Source of the DNA: an uncultured Actinomycetes bacterium
GTDB taxonomy: Bacteria > Actinomycetota > Acidimicrobiia > IMCC26256 > JAOSJL01
Assembly: GCA_963704035.1 (NCBI GenBank)
Contig: CAVPGR010000004.1
Location: forward strand, 1,048,219 to 1,112,218
Length of the DNA stretch: 64,000 nt
Reading direction: 5' to 3'
Shown: positions 20,216 to 31,681 of the stretch, piece by piece
Layout: every line of letters starts with the position of its first letter
Numbering within the stretch: the first letter of the stretch is position 1
Translations under genes and position numbers: made by a program
The notes under the pieces: model-generated
Seen by the model: only the letters and a program-made list of their open reading frames with translations
Told to the model about the DNA's origin: nothing
The model's database searches: none

Positions 20216-21081
20216 GGGAAGGCGAGAATCGTACCAGTCGCGTCGGGAGAAACCCGTTGCGAACCGGACGGTCGACTCACCTCGCGATCGACGCTTTCCT
20301 CTCGAACGTGGACTTCGATACCGCCGATCAGTTCAGCGAACAGGTTGTAGAGACCCACGGCCACGAGCGTGAAGATCTCGGCGATGGCGACCCACGCGAG
20401 CCCGATGAGCACCCCGCCGCGGATGATCTGTCCGGACAGGAAGCGGAAGTCTTCGAATCCCGCGTCCTGCATGAACTCCTCGATGTTGCCGATGGCCCCC
20501 GCCGCCGAAGCAATCGACCAGAGAACGACTCCGGCCACCAGCAGCACGATCAGGGCGCTGAGGTAGAAGCAGATCGAGATCTTGGCGGCCGACCACATGT
20601 CGATACGCGAGATGCGCTGGCGATAGCGCCGATCCGGTGCCAGCGTCGCGGCGGGGGCCCGCTTTGCTTTTCGCCGTGACGGTTCGGCTCGGCGGTTGCG
20701 CCCCGTGGCGTAAGCGGAGCCCGCTGCCGCGGCCGTCTTCGCCTGTCGCCCCGACGTCGACCTCTGCGCCTGCTGGGCCGTGCGGCCCGGTGGGCGCTCG
20801 GCGGCGGATTCACCCTGGGCTCGGGCCTGGCGCTCCGACTGGGGCTGCTGTCTCGACTGAGGTTGCTGCCTCGACTGAGGTTGCTGTCTCGGTTGAGGCT
20901 GCGGCTGGGCGGGCGTGCGCGGCGCAGCCTGCGCGGAGCGTTGGGCCGGCGGCTTCTCGACGGGGGTACGGCGTGCGGGTGCAGGGCTCTTCGCATCTTC
21001 CCCGGAACCGGCCGGTGGCTTCTGGGCCGGTGGCTTCTCTGACGGGGGCCTGGCCGGACGCCGTGGTGTGTCAGGCGTCAT
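20206..21081 (-). CDS. Pro/Gln-rich membrane protein (same position as mycobacterial Rv0007)
   Basis: Lies between gyrA and tRNA-Ile; low-complexity N-terminus with QPQSRQ repeats, C-terminal TM pair. The 3' end overlaps the tRNA, so the true stop is uncertain. Confidence 0.6.
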
Positions 21082-24000
21082 CGGCTTCCTCCAGAACGGG
21101 GGCCACGGCGACGACCACGTCGTCGCCTTCCAACTTGGTGACACGCACGCCCGTGGCGGCGCGACCCTGCGACGAGATCTCCTTCGCGCCCATCCGAACG
21201 ATGTTGCCGGCCGAGGAGAACACCAGTATCTCGTCGTCGAGATGAACTGTGAACGCAGCAACGATTCCGCCGCGGTTTTCGGTCTTCATTCCGATCATGC
21301 CCTGACCGCCGCGGCCCTTGCGGTTGAACTGGTCGAGCTTCGTGCGCTTGCCGTGACCGCTGGCGGTGACGAACAGCATGGCCACGTTGTCGCTGGCCAC
21401 CGTGCACGAGACGACGTGGTCGTCGCCCTTGAGTTTCATGCCGCGCACTCCCGCCGCTGATCGGCCCATCGGTCGCACGGCCTCTTCGGTGAACCGAATC
21501 GTCTTGCCACTGGCCGCGACAAGGAAGATGTCGCGCTCCCCGTCGGTCTGGACCACCTGGACGAGTTCGTCGTCGTCCTTCAACTTGATGGCGATGAGCC
21601 CGGCGCGCAGCGACGAGTCGTATTCGCTCATCTTGGTCTTCTTGACCTGGCCCTTCTTGGTGGCGAAGAACAGGTACGCGCCGTCTTCGTAGGTGCGCGT
21701 GTCGATGACCGCCTGAATGCGCTCCTCGGGTTCGAGTGGGAGCAGGTTCACGAGAGCCGTTCCCCGCGCCGTGCGTTCTTTGCGGGGGATCTGGTGGACC
21801 CGGAGGCGGTAGACCTTTCCCCGGTTGGAGAAGAACAACAGGTACGAGTGTGCCGTGGTGATCAGTAGGTGTGAGACGTAGTCCTCGTCCTTCAACTTGG
21901 TGCCGGCGACACCCCGACCTCCACGGCCCTGCTTGCGGAACGTGTCGGCGGCCACGGTCTTCACGTATCCCTTGGCCGACAGGACTGCCACCACCTCTTC
22001 GTCCTCGATCAGGTCGAGGACGTCGAGGTCGCCGTCGTCGAAGGTGACGCGGGTGCGCCGCTCTTCGGCGAACTTCTCGCGCACCTCGGCCAGTTCGTCC
22101 TTGATCAGCTGACGGAGCCTCTTGTCGCTCTTGAGGATCGCCTCGAGCTCCTTGATCGTCTTGGTGAGCTCCTCGAACTCGTCCTTCAGCTTCTGATGCT
22201 CCAGCCCCGTGAGACGACGCAGCGGCATGTCGAGGATGTGATTCGCCTGGATCTCGCTGAACTCGAAGGGCTTGGCCATCAGGCCGGCCCGTGCCTCCTC
22301 GACGTCTTCGCTGCCCCGTATGAGGGCGATGACCTCGTCGAGCATGTCGAGCGCCTTGAGGAGGCCCTCCACGATGTGTGCTCGTTCCTTGGCGCGGGCG
22401 AGGCGGAATTCGGTACGCCGCCGCACGACCTCGCGTTGGTGCTCCACGTAGTGACCGAGCGCCTCGGCGAGGTTGAGGACGCGCGGTTGCCCGTCGACGA
22501 GCGCCAGCATGATCACGCCGAAACTCGTCTGCATCGGCGTCTGCTTGTAGAGCTGGTTGAGGACGACCTGCGCGTTGGCGTCGCGCTTCAATTCGATGAC
22601 GAGGCGGTACTCGCCGCGTGACGTTTCGTTGCGGACGTCGCGGATCCCCTCGATCTTGCGCTCCTGTACGAGCTCCGCGGTCTTCGCCCCGATGACCTCG
22701 ACCGACGTCTGGTAGGGCACCTCGGTGACCACGATGCGCTGGTCGCCCTTCCTCCCTTCTTCGATCTCGGCAACGGCGCGCATCTTCACCGAGCCGCGCC
22801 CGGTGCGGTAGGCATCGCGCAGGCCCTCCTGGCCGAGGATGTACGCGCCGGTCGGGAAGTCGGGGCCCTTGACGAACTCCATGAGGTCGTCGGCGGTGGC
22901 GTCGGGATTGTCGATGAGGTGCGCTGGTCGCGTCGATGACCTCACCCAGGTTGTGGGGTGGGATGTTGGTGGCCATCCCCACGGCGATGCCACCACCCCC
23001 GTTGACCAGGAGGTTCGGGAACCGCGCCGGCAGGACCGTGGGCTCCTGCGTCTTGCCGTCGTAGGTCTCGGAGAAATCGACTGTCTCCTCGTCGATGCTC
23101 TCGAGCATCGACATGGCGATCTTCTCGAGCCGGCACTCGGTGTTGTGGCTGACGAAGCCGTCGGTGAGGAACGCATGCGCTTCGGAATCGATCCGCAAGC
23201 TGTAGACCGGGCGCTCGCCGGCGTCGGTGACGCTCTCTACGTGGGAGAAGAAGTAGTCGCCGGTGATGAACGGAGCGATCACCCGCTTGACCTCCTCGGA
23301 TGCGATCCGACTGAGGATTCGACGTGACCGGTGACCCCATCGGTCGACGCGGTCGAGGTTGTGGCGCCGCAGCCAATCCTGGTCGGTTGCAGAGCCCCCT
23401 GCCTCGCTACGGATGTAGTCGGCGATGAACGGGATCGTGTCGCGTGAGAACCCAGTCGGCGTCGGCCGCACGGGAAGATCGGACAGGATCTCGTCGAGAC
23501 GCTGTTGCTTCGTGCCCCAGAATCCGACCCGGTGGGCGAACTCGGTGGCATCCCGACGGTTGGAGATGAAGAGTTTGATCTCTCCGTTGTCGTAGCGAGC
23601 GGTTCGCATGACCACCTCGAACTCCAGCAGCAGCCGACGAACGTCGCTGGCGAGCTGAACGCTCCGAGTCGAATACGTGAGTGACACGGTGTTGCGCTGC
23701 AGCAGCGAGATGGAACCATCGCCCTCGAACAGCCCCTGGAGAAACGCGCGCTTCTGCTCGAGCCCACCTCGCCATACGAACTCTGGAACGCGCTCGACAC
23801 CGGCGAGCCCGACCTGCGCGGCGGCGGCCACCTGCTCGTTGGACGGTTCACCCAACGACGCATTCCCCCACCCTCGATGGAGCGCGACCACAGAATCGGG
23901 ACGTAGTTCGCTCAGGAGACGCCACTGCAGCAAAGGGACTCCGGCGACCGATTCCAGGCAGAGCACCGGGTGGTTGTGGGTCCCGACGAGCTCGAATCCT

Positions 24001-24569
24001 TCGGTGGTCGTCAGCCGCAGCGTGGGGTGGGTCCCCGAGTGGAAGAGCCGATCAGCCCGCACGATCTCGCCGTCGTGACCTAGCACCTTCGCATCGATCT
24101 CGGCTTCGCTGTCGCGTTCGACTCGGGCGAACGAGTCGATGCGGCGTGTACCGTCGGGCGTGCGGACCCGCGTGTCGCCGACCACGCAATAGCGCATCGC
24201 TCCGGGCCGGTCGTTCGGGTCGGGTGAGCCGAAGTTCCCGTGGCCGTCGACGAGGGGATGCCTCAGCGAGAAATCCTGCGCCATGCGTGCCAACGCGTCG
24301 TAGATCGCGCTGTCGCCGTGGGGATGGAAATTACCCATCACGTGACCGACGACCTGCGCGGACTTCGAGTGCTGTCGCTCCGGGCGCAGGCCACGGTCGA
24401 ACATGCCGTAGATGATCCGACGTTGCACCGGCTTCAGGCCGTCGCGGGCATCGGGCAGTGCACGCGAGACGATGACCGACATCGCGTAGTCGAGGAAGGA
24501 GCGCTCGACCTCTTCCTGGATCTCGATGGGCTCGGAGCCGGATCCGAGGGTCTGCTGTTCGTCGGGCAT
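21071..24569 (-). CDS. gyrA: DNA gyrase subunit A, intein-containing, one apparent frame break near 22922-22928
   Basis: N-extein ends at AMRY, C-extein begins [10 protein letters not shown]...[13 protein letters not shown]. The remainder ([25 protein letters not shown] to the C-terminus) is in the 21071 frame. Confidence 0.9.
23142..24188 (-). mobile_element. GyrA intein (349 aa) with one LAGLIDADG-like motif
   Basis: Starts CVVGDTRV directly after the catalytic Tyr and ends FVSHN followed by Thr. Block B THNHP; [12 protein letters not shown] endonuclease-type motif. Confidence 0.85.
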
Positions 24570-24583
24570 GAGGGTTCCGGGTC

Positions 24584-26488
24584 CTAGACGTCGAGGAAGC
24601 GAACGTCGGCGGCGTTCTGCTGGATGAAGCTGCGCCGGGCGTCGACATCGTCGCCCATCAAGCGCGAGAACATGTCGTCGGCGAGAGCGTCGACCTCTTC
24701 GATACTCACGCGCAGCAACGAGCGCGTCGCCGGGTCCATCGTGGTCTCCCAGAGCTCGCCGTAGTCCATCTCGCCGAGGCCCTTGAAGCGGCCGATCTCG
24801 AGCTTGCGACCCTCGTGCTCGGCACGGAAGGCCTCGAGTGCGGCGTCGTCTTTCAGGTAGGTCTTGTCCTTGCCGAGAACAACCGAGTACAGAGGCGGCT
24901 GCGCGACGTAGACGTAGCCGCGCTCGAGCATCGGGTGCATCTGCCGGTACAGGAACGTGAGAAGCAGGGTACGGATGTGCGCGCCGTCGACGTCGGCGTC
25001 GGTGAGCAGTACGAGCTTGTGGTAGCGGGCCTTTTCGATGTCGAAATCGTCGCCGACACCCGCCCCCACGGCGGTGATCAGGGCTTGGATCTCTTCGTTC
25101 TTCAACATGCGGTCGATGCGGGCGCGCTCGACGTTGAGGATCTTGCCGCGGATGGGAAGAATCGCCTGTGTGTCACGGTCGCGCGCCTGCTTGGCCGGGC
25201 CACCGGCACTGTCGCCCTCGACGATGAAGATCTCGGCACGCTCGGGATCGCGGGTGACGCAGTCGGCCAGTTTTCCCGGCATCGCCGCGGAGTCGAGCAG
25301 TGACTTGCGTCGCGTCAGATCACGCGCCTGGCGGGCGGCCTGGCGGGCGTGCGCCGCCTGGGCCGACTTGTCGATGATCCGGCGACCTTCGGCCGGGTGC
25401 TCCTCGAGCCAGTCGGCGAACTTCTCGTTCATCGTCTTCTCGACCATCGAGCGCATCTCGGTGTTCCCGAGCTTGGTCTTGGTCTGGCCCTCGAACTGGG
25501 GGTCGCGCAGCTTCACCGACACGATCGCCGTCATGCCTTCGCGGATGTCTTCGCCGAGAAGCTTGCCGTCCTTCTCCTTGAGGAGGGCGCGGGCGCGACC
25601 GTACTTGTTGATCACGTTCGTGAGAGCCTTCTTGAAACCCTCCTCGTGCATCCCGCCCTCGGTGGTGGCGATGTTGTTGGCGAACGAGTGCAGGCCCTCG
25701 TGGTAACCGGTGTTCCACTGGATCGCTACGTCGACCTCGGCGTCGTCGTTGCTCTCGGTCACCGACGCCACACGTTTGAACAGAGGGTCCTTGGAGGCGT
25801 TGAGATGCTTGACGAAATCGACGATGCCTCCCGAGTAGCAGAACTCATGCTTGATTTCGGGGTCGCTGCGCTTGTCGGTGAAACGAATCTCGAGGCCCTT
25901 GTTCAGAAACGCCATCTCGCGTAGACGCTCCACCAGCGTTTGCGCTCGGAAGTCGACGTCGTCGAACACCTGGGCGTCCGGCCAGAAGGTGATGGTCGTG
26001 CCGGTCTTCTTCGAGGGCTTACCCTTCTTGATCTTCCCCTGGGGACGCCCACCCTTGGCGAAGTGCATCTCCCAGTTCGCTCCGTCACGCTGGATCCGCA
26101 GGTCGAGCCTCGACGACAAAGCGTTGACCACCGACACACCCACGCCGTGGAGGCCCCCGGAGATCTTGTAGCCGTCGCCGCCGAACTTGCCGCCGGCGTG
26201 CAGCGTGGTCATGACGACCTCGGCCGCCGACTTCGTGCGCGATTCAGGGTGCTTGTCGACGGGAATGCCGCGTCCGTTGTCGGACACGGTGCACGCTCCG
26301 TCGGACTGGATCGTGACGTCGATACGGGTGCAGTACCCGGCCATGGCCTCGTCGACAGCATTGTCGACGACCTCGTAGACCAGGTGGTGTAGACCCGACG
26401 GGCCGGTCGACCCGATGTACATGCCCGGGCGCTCGCGAACGGGCTCGAGGCCCTTGAGCACGGTGATGTCCTTGGCGGCGTATGCCAC
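24584..26488 (-). CDS. gyrB: DNA gyrase subunit B
   Basis: [33 protein letters not shown]-type motifs; 634 aa, intact. Confidence 0.95.
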   Translation of the reverse strand: MAYAAKDITVLKGLEPVRERPGMYIGSTGPSGLHHLVYEVVDNAVDEAMAGYCTRIDVTIQSDGACTVSDNGRGIPVDKHPESRTKSAAEVVMTTLHAGGKFGGDGYKISGGLHGVGVSVVNALSSRLDLRIQRDGANWEMHFAKGGRPQGKIKKGKPSKKTGTTITFWPDAQVFDDVDFRAQTLVERLREMAFLNKGLEIRFTDKRSDPEIKHEFCYSGGIVDFVKHLNASKDPLFKRVASVTESNDDAEVDVAIQWNTGYHEGLHSFANNIATTEGGMHEEGFKKALTNVINKYGRARALLKEKDGKLLGEDIREGMTAIVSVKLRDPQFEGQTKTKLGNTEMRSMVEKTMNEKFADWLEEHPAEGRRIIDKSAQAAHARQAARQARDLTRRKSLLDSAAMPGKLADCVTRDPERAEIFIVEGDSAGGPAKQARDRDTQAILPIRGKILNVERARIDRMLKNEEIQALITAVGAGVGDDFDIEKARYHKLVLLTDADVDGAHIRTLLLTFLYRQMHPMLERGYVYVAQPPLYSVVLGKDKTYLKDDAALEAFRAEHEGRKLEIGRFKGLGEMDYGELWETTMDPATRSLLRVSIEEVDALADDMFSRLMGDDVDARRSFIQQNAADVRFLDV

Positions 26489-26674
26489 GCGCGCGGTACC
26501 TCGCTACTCGGGGGACGACGGGTGCGACCGCCGGCGTCGGCTGTGTGCGTTCCTGCGAACGATGACGCTGCCGGCGAACCTGCTTCCGGACTCCTCCCGG
26601 ATCGAGAAACCGCAGGTCAGAGCCGGAAATCTCACTTGCACCACTCTACCAGACAGGCCTTGCGAAACGGGGTC

Positions 26675-26992
26675 TCACGGGGCGGGATTCGCGACGATCC
26701 GCAAGCTCCTGACGGCGTCGGATCCGGTCGCCTCGCGCACAGCAGCGAGCACGTCCTCGTGGCGGTACCGCAACTCGGTCACCCATCCCGGCTGATCGAC
26801 AGCGACGGTGAGTTGTCCGTCGCGCAGACCCCGGGGTCGGGCGTGCGCGGCGATCTGGTCGCCGACGATGGAGGCCCAGTCACCCACCACCGTGGCGAGC
26901 ACTCTCGGGTCCGAGAGACCCAGCTCCGCGCTCACCTCTGTGAGGCCCTCTACGACCGGGCGCGGCTGGTCGTCGGGTCGGCCGCGGCTCAC
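26675..26992 (-). CDS. dciA: DUF721 / DciA-like protein
   Basis: 105-aa ORF between recF and gyrB; ATGA overlap with the recF stop; L.V.VD...W..EL pattern. Confidence 0.7.
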   Translation of the reverse strand: MSRGRPDDQPRPVVEGLTEVSAELGLSDPRVLATVVGDWASIVGDQIAAHARPRGLRDGQLTVAVDQPGWVTELRYRHEDVLAAVREATGSDAVRSLRIVANPAP

Positions 26993-28083
26993 GCCACTTC
27001 CTCGAGTCGGCCCTCGCCGGCGCTCACGTGTCGTTCCACGACGATCCCGTCGGGGAGTCGTCCCGCCGTGGTGACGATCGTCTGACCGTCGGGCAGGTGG
27101 GCCACGAGCGCAGCCGAGCGGTGATCGTCGAGTTCGCTGAACACGTCATCGAGGAGGAGCACGGGGTCGTCGTCGGTGTCCTCGGCGACGAGGCGGTGTC
27201 CTCCCAGACGAAGGGCAAGCGCCAGGGTCCTCTGCTCCCCCTGAGAGGCATGCGTACGGGCCGCGAGACCCTCGATCGAGCACTCCAGATCGTCGCGTTG
27301 GGGGCCGACCAGGGTCGTTCCGCGCTCGAGTTCCTTGTCCCGTGAGGCCTCGAGAGCCTCGGCCAGTTGACCCGCGGGGTCGCTCGGTCCCGTGAGCCAC
27401 TCACTCGAATAGGCCGCCTCGATCGTGGTATCGGCCTCGGCGAGCACGCTGTAGGCCTCGGTGATGCAGGGACCGAGACGATCCGTGAGCGCGAGCCGCG
27501 CGGCCGCCAACTCGCCTCCTGTGCGAGCGAACTGTGCATCGAACACGTCGAGTGTGTGGAGTGCCTCCGCGTCACGGGAGCGCGTTCGCAAGAGTGCGTT
27601 ACGTTGGCGAAGGATCCGTTCGACGTCGCGACGGATCGTCGCAACGCGCGGCGTCAGGTCGGTCAACAGCCCGTCGAGAAGCTCCCGTCGCAGTGCCGGT
27701 GCTCCTTTCACGATCATCAGATCGTCGGGTGAGAACACCGTCGTGAGAAGCACCCCGGTACGGTCCGAGAGGCGCGTGGCACGGGACCCGTCGACGAGAA
27801 CACGGCTTCTCCCCGAGGCCGGGATCTCCGCCTCGATCCGGCGGTGGCGACTCCCCGTCGCGACCGCGACCCGCACGATCGCCCGGTGTGCATCGTGAGC
27901 GACGAGTGCACTGTCGGGGACTCCCCGCAGTGACCTGCCGGTGGCAGCCCAGGTAATCCCTTCGAGAAGGCTCGTCTTGCCCTGGCCATTGTCGCCGGTC
28001 ACGACCGTGCATCCGGCCGGGAATTCGACGTCGACCTCCTCGTAGCACCGGAAGTCGCTCAGGTACACCGACGTCACGCGCAC
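26989..28083 (-). CDS. recF: DNA replication and repair protein RecF
   Basis: Walker A GDNGQGKTSLLEGI, C-terminal LLLDDVFSELD. Confidence 0.9.
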   Translation of the reverse strand: MRVTSVYLSDFRCYEEVDVEFPAGCTVVTGDNGQGKTSLLEGITWAATGRSLRGVPDSALVAHDAHRAIVRVAVATGSRHRRIEAEIPASGRSRVLVDGSRATRLSDRTGVLLTTVFSPDDLMIVKGAPALRRELLDGLLTDLTPRVATIRRDVERILRQRNALLRTRSRDAEALHTLDVFDAQFARTGGELAAARLALTDRLGPCITEAYSVLAEADTTIEAAYSSEWLTGPSDPAGQLAEALEASRDKELERGTTLVGPQRDDLECSIEGLAARTHASQGEQRTLALALRLGGHRLVAEDTDDDPVLLLDDVFSELDDHRSAALVAHLPDGQTIVTTAGRLPDGIVVERHVSAGEGRLEEVA

Positions 28084-28111
28084 ACGCGGCTCCCGGTGCC
28101 GGAGGATCGTC

Positions 28112-29221
28112 TCAGGAGATGCGCACCGGCATGAGCAGGTACAGAAAATCGTCGTCGCCGTCGCTCGGACGCAGCGTCGCCGGCTTCAGGGGATCGAGAC
28201 ACTCGATGACGACCTCGGCCGCGTCGCCACACGCCTGGATCCCATCGAGCAGGAACTCCGGATTGAATGCGACCGTGAGCTCGGCGTCGGTGCCCTCGAA
28301 CTTGGCATCGATCGCTTCACGGGCCTCACCGACTTCCTGGGCCACCGCCGACAATTCGGTGCCTTCGGGCGTCATACGCATGCGGACCGGCGAGTTGTCG
28401 CGACCCTGCCCGACAAGACGGACCCGCTTGCACGCTTCGGCCAAGATCTCACGCCCGACGGTGAGGCGGTTCGGATAGTCACTCGGAATCAGCTGTTCGT
28501 AGTTCGGGAAATCGCCTTCTATGAGGCGCGTCGTGACCTCGGCGCCCTCCACCCTGAAGACGGCCTCTCTCTCGGAGAACACCACCTCGAGGTTCCCGTC
28601 ACCGAGCAGACGCTGCACTTCCGCGAGACCCTTGGCCGGCACCAGCACCTGCTGGCCCTCACTCAGCATCGTGACACCCGAGAGGTCTCTCACGGCCAGC
28701 CTGTACGAGTCGGTGGCCACGAGCCGAAGACCGTCGGTCGTCGCGGCGAGCAACACCCCTGTGAGGATCGGGCGCGCGTCGTCGCGCGATGCCGCCGAGA
28801 TCACCTGGTGCAGCGCCGTGGCGAGCTTTCCCGCGTCGGTCGTGACCGCATCGCCCGACACATCGGGAAGTCTCGGGAAATCCTCGGTCGGAAGCACACG
28901 TAGTGCGAACTTCGACGGGCCGGCCGTTATACGTGCCTCTTCGTCGACGATGTCGACCGACACAGAACCGGGATCGAGAGAACGAACGACCTCGGCCAAC
29001 AACTTGGCCGGAATCACCGCGGTGCCCGACTCCCCCACATCGGCGGGAGCACGCACACGTACGGTCAGTTCGAGATCGGATCCGACGAGTTCCACCGAGT
29101 CGGTCGACGCGACGATCCGAAGCCCCGACAGGACGGGTAGCACCCCCGTTCGTGACGCCACGGCGCGTTGCGCGGTGGTGATGGCATCGGCCAGTGCGTC
29201 ACGTTCACAGCGGAACTTCAC
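28112..29221 (-). CDS. dnaN: DNA polymerase III beta sliding clamp
   Basis: 369-aa ORF, GTG start, clamp-like sequence throughout; lies downstream of dnaA. Confidence 0.95.
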   Translation of the reverse strand: MKFRCERDALADAITTAQRAVASRTGVLPVLSGLRIVASTDSVELVGSDLELTVRVRAPADVGESGTAVIPAKLLAEVVRSLDPGSVSVDIVDEEARITAGPSKFALRVLPTEDFPRLPDVSGDAVTTDAGKLATALHQVISAASRDDARPILTGVLLAATTDGLRLVATDSYRLAVRDLSGVTMLSEGQQVLVPAKGLAEVQRLLGDGNLEVVFSEREAVFRVEGAEVTTRLIEGDFPNYEQLIPSDYPNRLTVGREILAEACKRVRLVGQGRDNSPVRMRMTPEGTELSAVAQEVGEAREAIDAKFEGTDAELTVAFNPEFLLDGIQACGDAAEVVIECLDPLKPATLRPSDGDDDFLYLLMPVRIS

Positions 29222-29448
29222 GTTCCCCCCTCCTGCATTACTGAGAAGTTATGAAATATCTAGTTGTAGTAGTAGCACCTGTGGATTGGGGACGACGCGG
29301 TGTTCCCGCAGGTCACACCCGGTTCGCGTCCTCACACGTCGTCCACAGGCGTCCACAGCGAGTGGTCGTCGGATGGCGGAACTACAAGAGATTCCCACCG
29401 CGGCGGGTTCGCTTTCCCCACCGTTCCACAGAGTTATCCACCGGTCGG
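29222..29448. promoter_or_regulatory. oriC-like dnaA-dnaN spacer (DnaA boxes plus AT-rich element)
   Basis: AT-rich 29237-29275. Box-like 9-mers TGTGGATTG (29280-88), two GTCCACA at 29341-29357, TTCCACA (29424-30), TTATCCACC (29434-42). Confidence 0.65.
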
Positions 29449-30969
29449 TTACCCACCGGTACCCAGCCGGATCCGACGGATGAGCTCGTTGACCTGATTG
29501 AAGATGGTTCGCCGCTCTGCCATCTGACCGCGGATCTTCTCGACGGCGTGCATGACCGTCGTGTGGTCCCGCCCGCCGAACTCCTCGGCGATCTTGGGAT
29601 AGCTGTAGTCGGTCAGCTCCCGGAAGACGTACATCCCGATCTGGCGGGCTGTCACCAACGGACGTCGGCGGCTCTTTCCGATCAGTTCCTCGACAGGCCA
29701 TCCGAACATCTCGGCCGTTTCTTCGAGGATGAGTTGAGGGGTGATGACACGGGGCTGAGACGTCGGGACGAGGTCGGACAGGACCTCACGGGCCACGGCT
29801 TCGGTGAGAGGAGCCTGGTTGAGACTGGAATAGGCCGTGACCCGGATGAGGGCCCCTTCGAGTTCTCGAACGTTGTTGGTGACGTGGTTGGCGATGAACT
29901 CGAGCACCGGGGCGGGGATGTCGCCGAAGTGCTCGGATTCGGCCTTGGTCCGGAGGATCGCCAGGCGGGTCTCGAATTCGGGTGGCTGGATGTCGGTGGT
30001 GAGGCCCCATTCGAAGCGCGATCGGAGGCGGTCTTCGAGGGTGGCGATCGACTTCGGGGAACGGTCGGAACAGATCACGATCTGGCTCTCGCCGCCGTGC
30101 AGGGAGTTGAACGTGTGGAAGAACTCTTCCTGGAGTTGTTGCGAGCGCTCGAGGAACTGGATGTCGTCGATCAGAAGCACGTCGATGTCGCGGTAGCGGC
30201 GCTTGAATCCGGGCGTCGTGTTCGTACGGATGGCGTCGACGAACTCGTTCATGAAGGTCTCCGTGGAGACGTAGCGGACGCGCTTGTCGGGGAACACGTC
30301 GTGGACGTGGTGGCCGATCGCGTGCAGGAGGTGGGTCTTGCCGAGGCCGGCACCCCCGTAGATGAACAGGGGGTTGTAGGAACGGGCCGGAGCTTCCGCC
30401 ACCGACAGCGCGGCCGCGTGGGCGAACCGGTTGGACGTGCCGATGACGAATTGGTCGAAGCGGTAGCGGGGGTTCAGGGAACCGGCCGGCCAGCTGGGAG
30501 CCTGCTCGCCGTCGGGTTCCGCTCGCGCTCCGGAGGCCACGTCGGTCGGCTCGGAGGCGGCGGCATCGGGCACCGCCGGCTCGGTGGTCTCGCCGGGAGC
30601 GGTGCGCACGACAAGTTGGACGTCGAGCTCGTGACCGCAGGAACGTACGGCCTCACGCAACTCCTCCATGTAACCGGAGTTGACGCGGTCCCGTACGACA
30701 GAGCTGGGGACACCGAGGACCAGGGTGCCGTCCTCGAATCCGACGGCGTCGACGCCCTGGAACCAGGTGTTCCACGCGGCGGCGGGCACCTTCTCTTCCA
30801 ACGCGGACGCGGCTTCCCGCCAGAGCGTTTCAGCCGTCGCGTCGCCGTTCTGTTGGATATCCACAGGGCCATCCACAGGTGTGGAGAAAGAACGACGGAG
30901 GCGAAAAGGGGATCGCCTCCGCGTGGATCTCGGGTTGATCTGTCGGGGAACGCGAGCGGAACCTAACAC
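29449..30969 (-). CDS. dnaA: chromosomal replication initiator DnaA (true start probably GTG at 30876 or 30864)
   Basis: Walker [23 protein letters not shown]-terminal DNA-binding domain ([11 protein letters not shown]). The first about 30 codons of the maximal ORF are Arg-rich and contain DnaA boxes. Confidence 0.95.
   Translation of the reverse strand: MLGSARVPRQINPRSTRRRSPFRLRRSFSTPVDGPVDIQQNGDATAETLWREAASALEEKVPAAAWNTWFQGVDAVGFEDGTLVLGVPSSVVRDRVNSGYMEELREAVRSCGHELDVQLVVRTAPGETTEPAVPDAAASEPTDVASGARAEPDGEQAPSWPAGSLNPRYRFDQFVIGTSNRFAHAAALSVAEAPARSYNPLFIYGGAGLGKTHLLHAIGHHVHDVFPDKRVRYVSTETFMNEFVDAIRTNTTPGFKRRYRDIDVLLIDDIQFLERSQQLQEEFFHTFNSLHGGESQIVICSDRSPKSIATLEDRLRSRFEWGLTTDIQPPEFETRLAILRTKAESEHFGDIPAPVLEFIANHVTNNVRELEGALIRVTAYSSLNQAPLTEAVAREVLSDLVPTSQPRVITPQLILEETAEMFGWPVEELIGKSRRRPLVTARQIGMYVFRELTDYSYPKIAEEFGGRDHTTVMHAVEKIRGQMAERRTIFNQVNELIRRIRLGTGG
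30857..30888. promoter_or_regulatory. three clustered DnaA-box-like 9-mers
   Basis: ATATCCACA (30857-65), CCATCCACA (30869-77), inverted TGTGGAGAA (30880-88). Confidence 0.55.
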
Positions 30970-31187
30970 CGGCGGTGCCCGCGGACAAGAGCGGAGGTGG
31001 AGCGCCCGTAGCCGCTGAATCGAAGCAGGCGACCGGCTGCGTTGCGGGGCGTGGGGGGTGCCCCGTAGACTGCCGGACTCAACACCCCGGCGTCGTCGCT
31101 CACCGCACCAGGCTCACCGCACCAGCAGCGACGCATCCACCACCTCCGAGCGTGCCGTGCACGCCCGTCTCCATCGAAGAGGGTTCC

Positions 31188-31322
31188 GTGAAACGCACAT
31201 TCCAACCCAACAACCGGAGGCGTAAGCGCCGCCACGGGTTCCGTACCCGGTCCCGCACACGTGGCGGACGCGCCGTCCTCAAGGCTCGCCGCCGCCGCGG
31301 ACGCAGCCGACTCTCGGCCTGA
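31188..31322 (+). CDS. rpmH: 50S ribosomal protein L34
   Basis: GTG start; [21 protein letters not shown]. Confidence 0.9.
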   Translation: MKRTFQPNNRRRKRRHGFRTRSRTRGGRAVLKARRRRGRSRLSA

Positions 31323-31681
31323 TCGAGCCCGTTCGTCACCGTGCGACCTTCGAGGCGCTGGCGCGTGCACGACGCTACCGACGGGGACCGCTCACGATGA
31401 GCGCGACTCCAACCACTGAGCGTGGTCCATGCGTGGCGTACGCAATCGCCCGCAGCGTGGGATCAGCCCCGGCGCGCAATCGTATCCGGCGTCGTCTGCG
31501 CGCTTCGATGGGCGCACGGAGCGGTCGACTGGAGCCCGACCTTGCGTACCTGGTCGGGGCGTCGGCGGGCGCCGAACAGCTGAGTTTCTCCGAGCTCGAC
31601 CGATCCATAGAAGCGGCTCTCGAGGATGTCCACGGCGATGTCCACGGCGATGTCCACGGCGATGGTCGGTGGGGACACCTC
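31319..31681 (+). CDS. rnpA: RNase P protein component (start and stop uncertain)
   Basis: Follows rpmH; contains the RnpA basic motif [13 protein letters not shown]; no in-frame stop before yidD. Confidence 0.65.
31625..31660 (+). repeat. 3 x 12-bp perfect tandem repeat encoding (DVHG)3
   Basis: gatgtccacggc repeated three times in frame at the rnpA/yidD junction. Confidence 0.9.

Noticed and set aside
21078-22920. C-terminal 600 aa of the 1163-aa gyrA ORF
   Set aside because: It is Arg-rich nonsense. The genuine GyrA C-terminal domain is encoded in the 21071 frame over the same bases.
22915-22935. Programmed ribosomal frameshift in gyrA
   Set aside because: There is no slippery heptamer or downstream structure, and similar breaks are scattered through unrelated genes.
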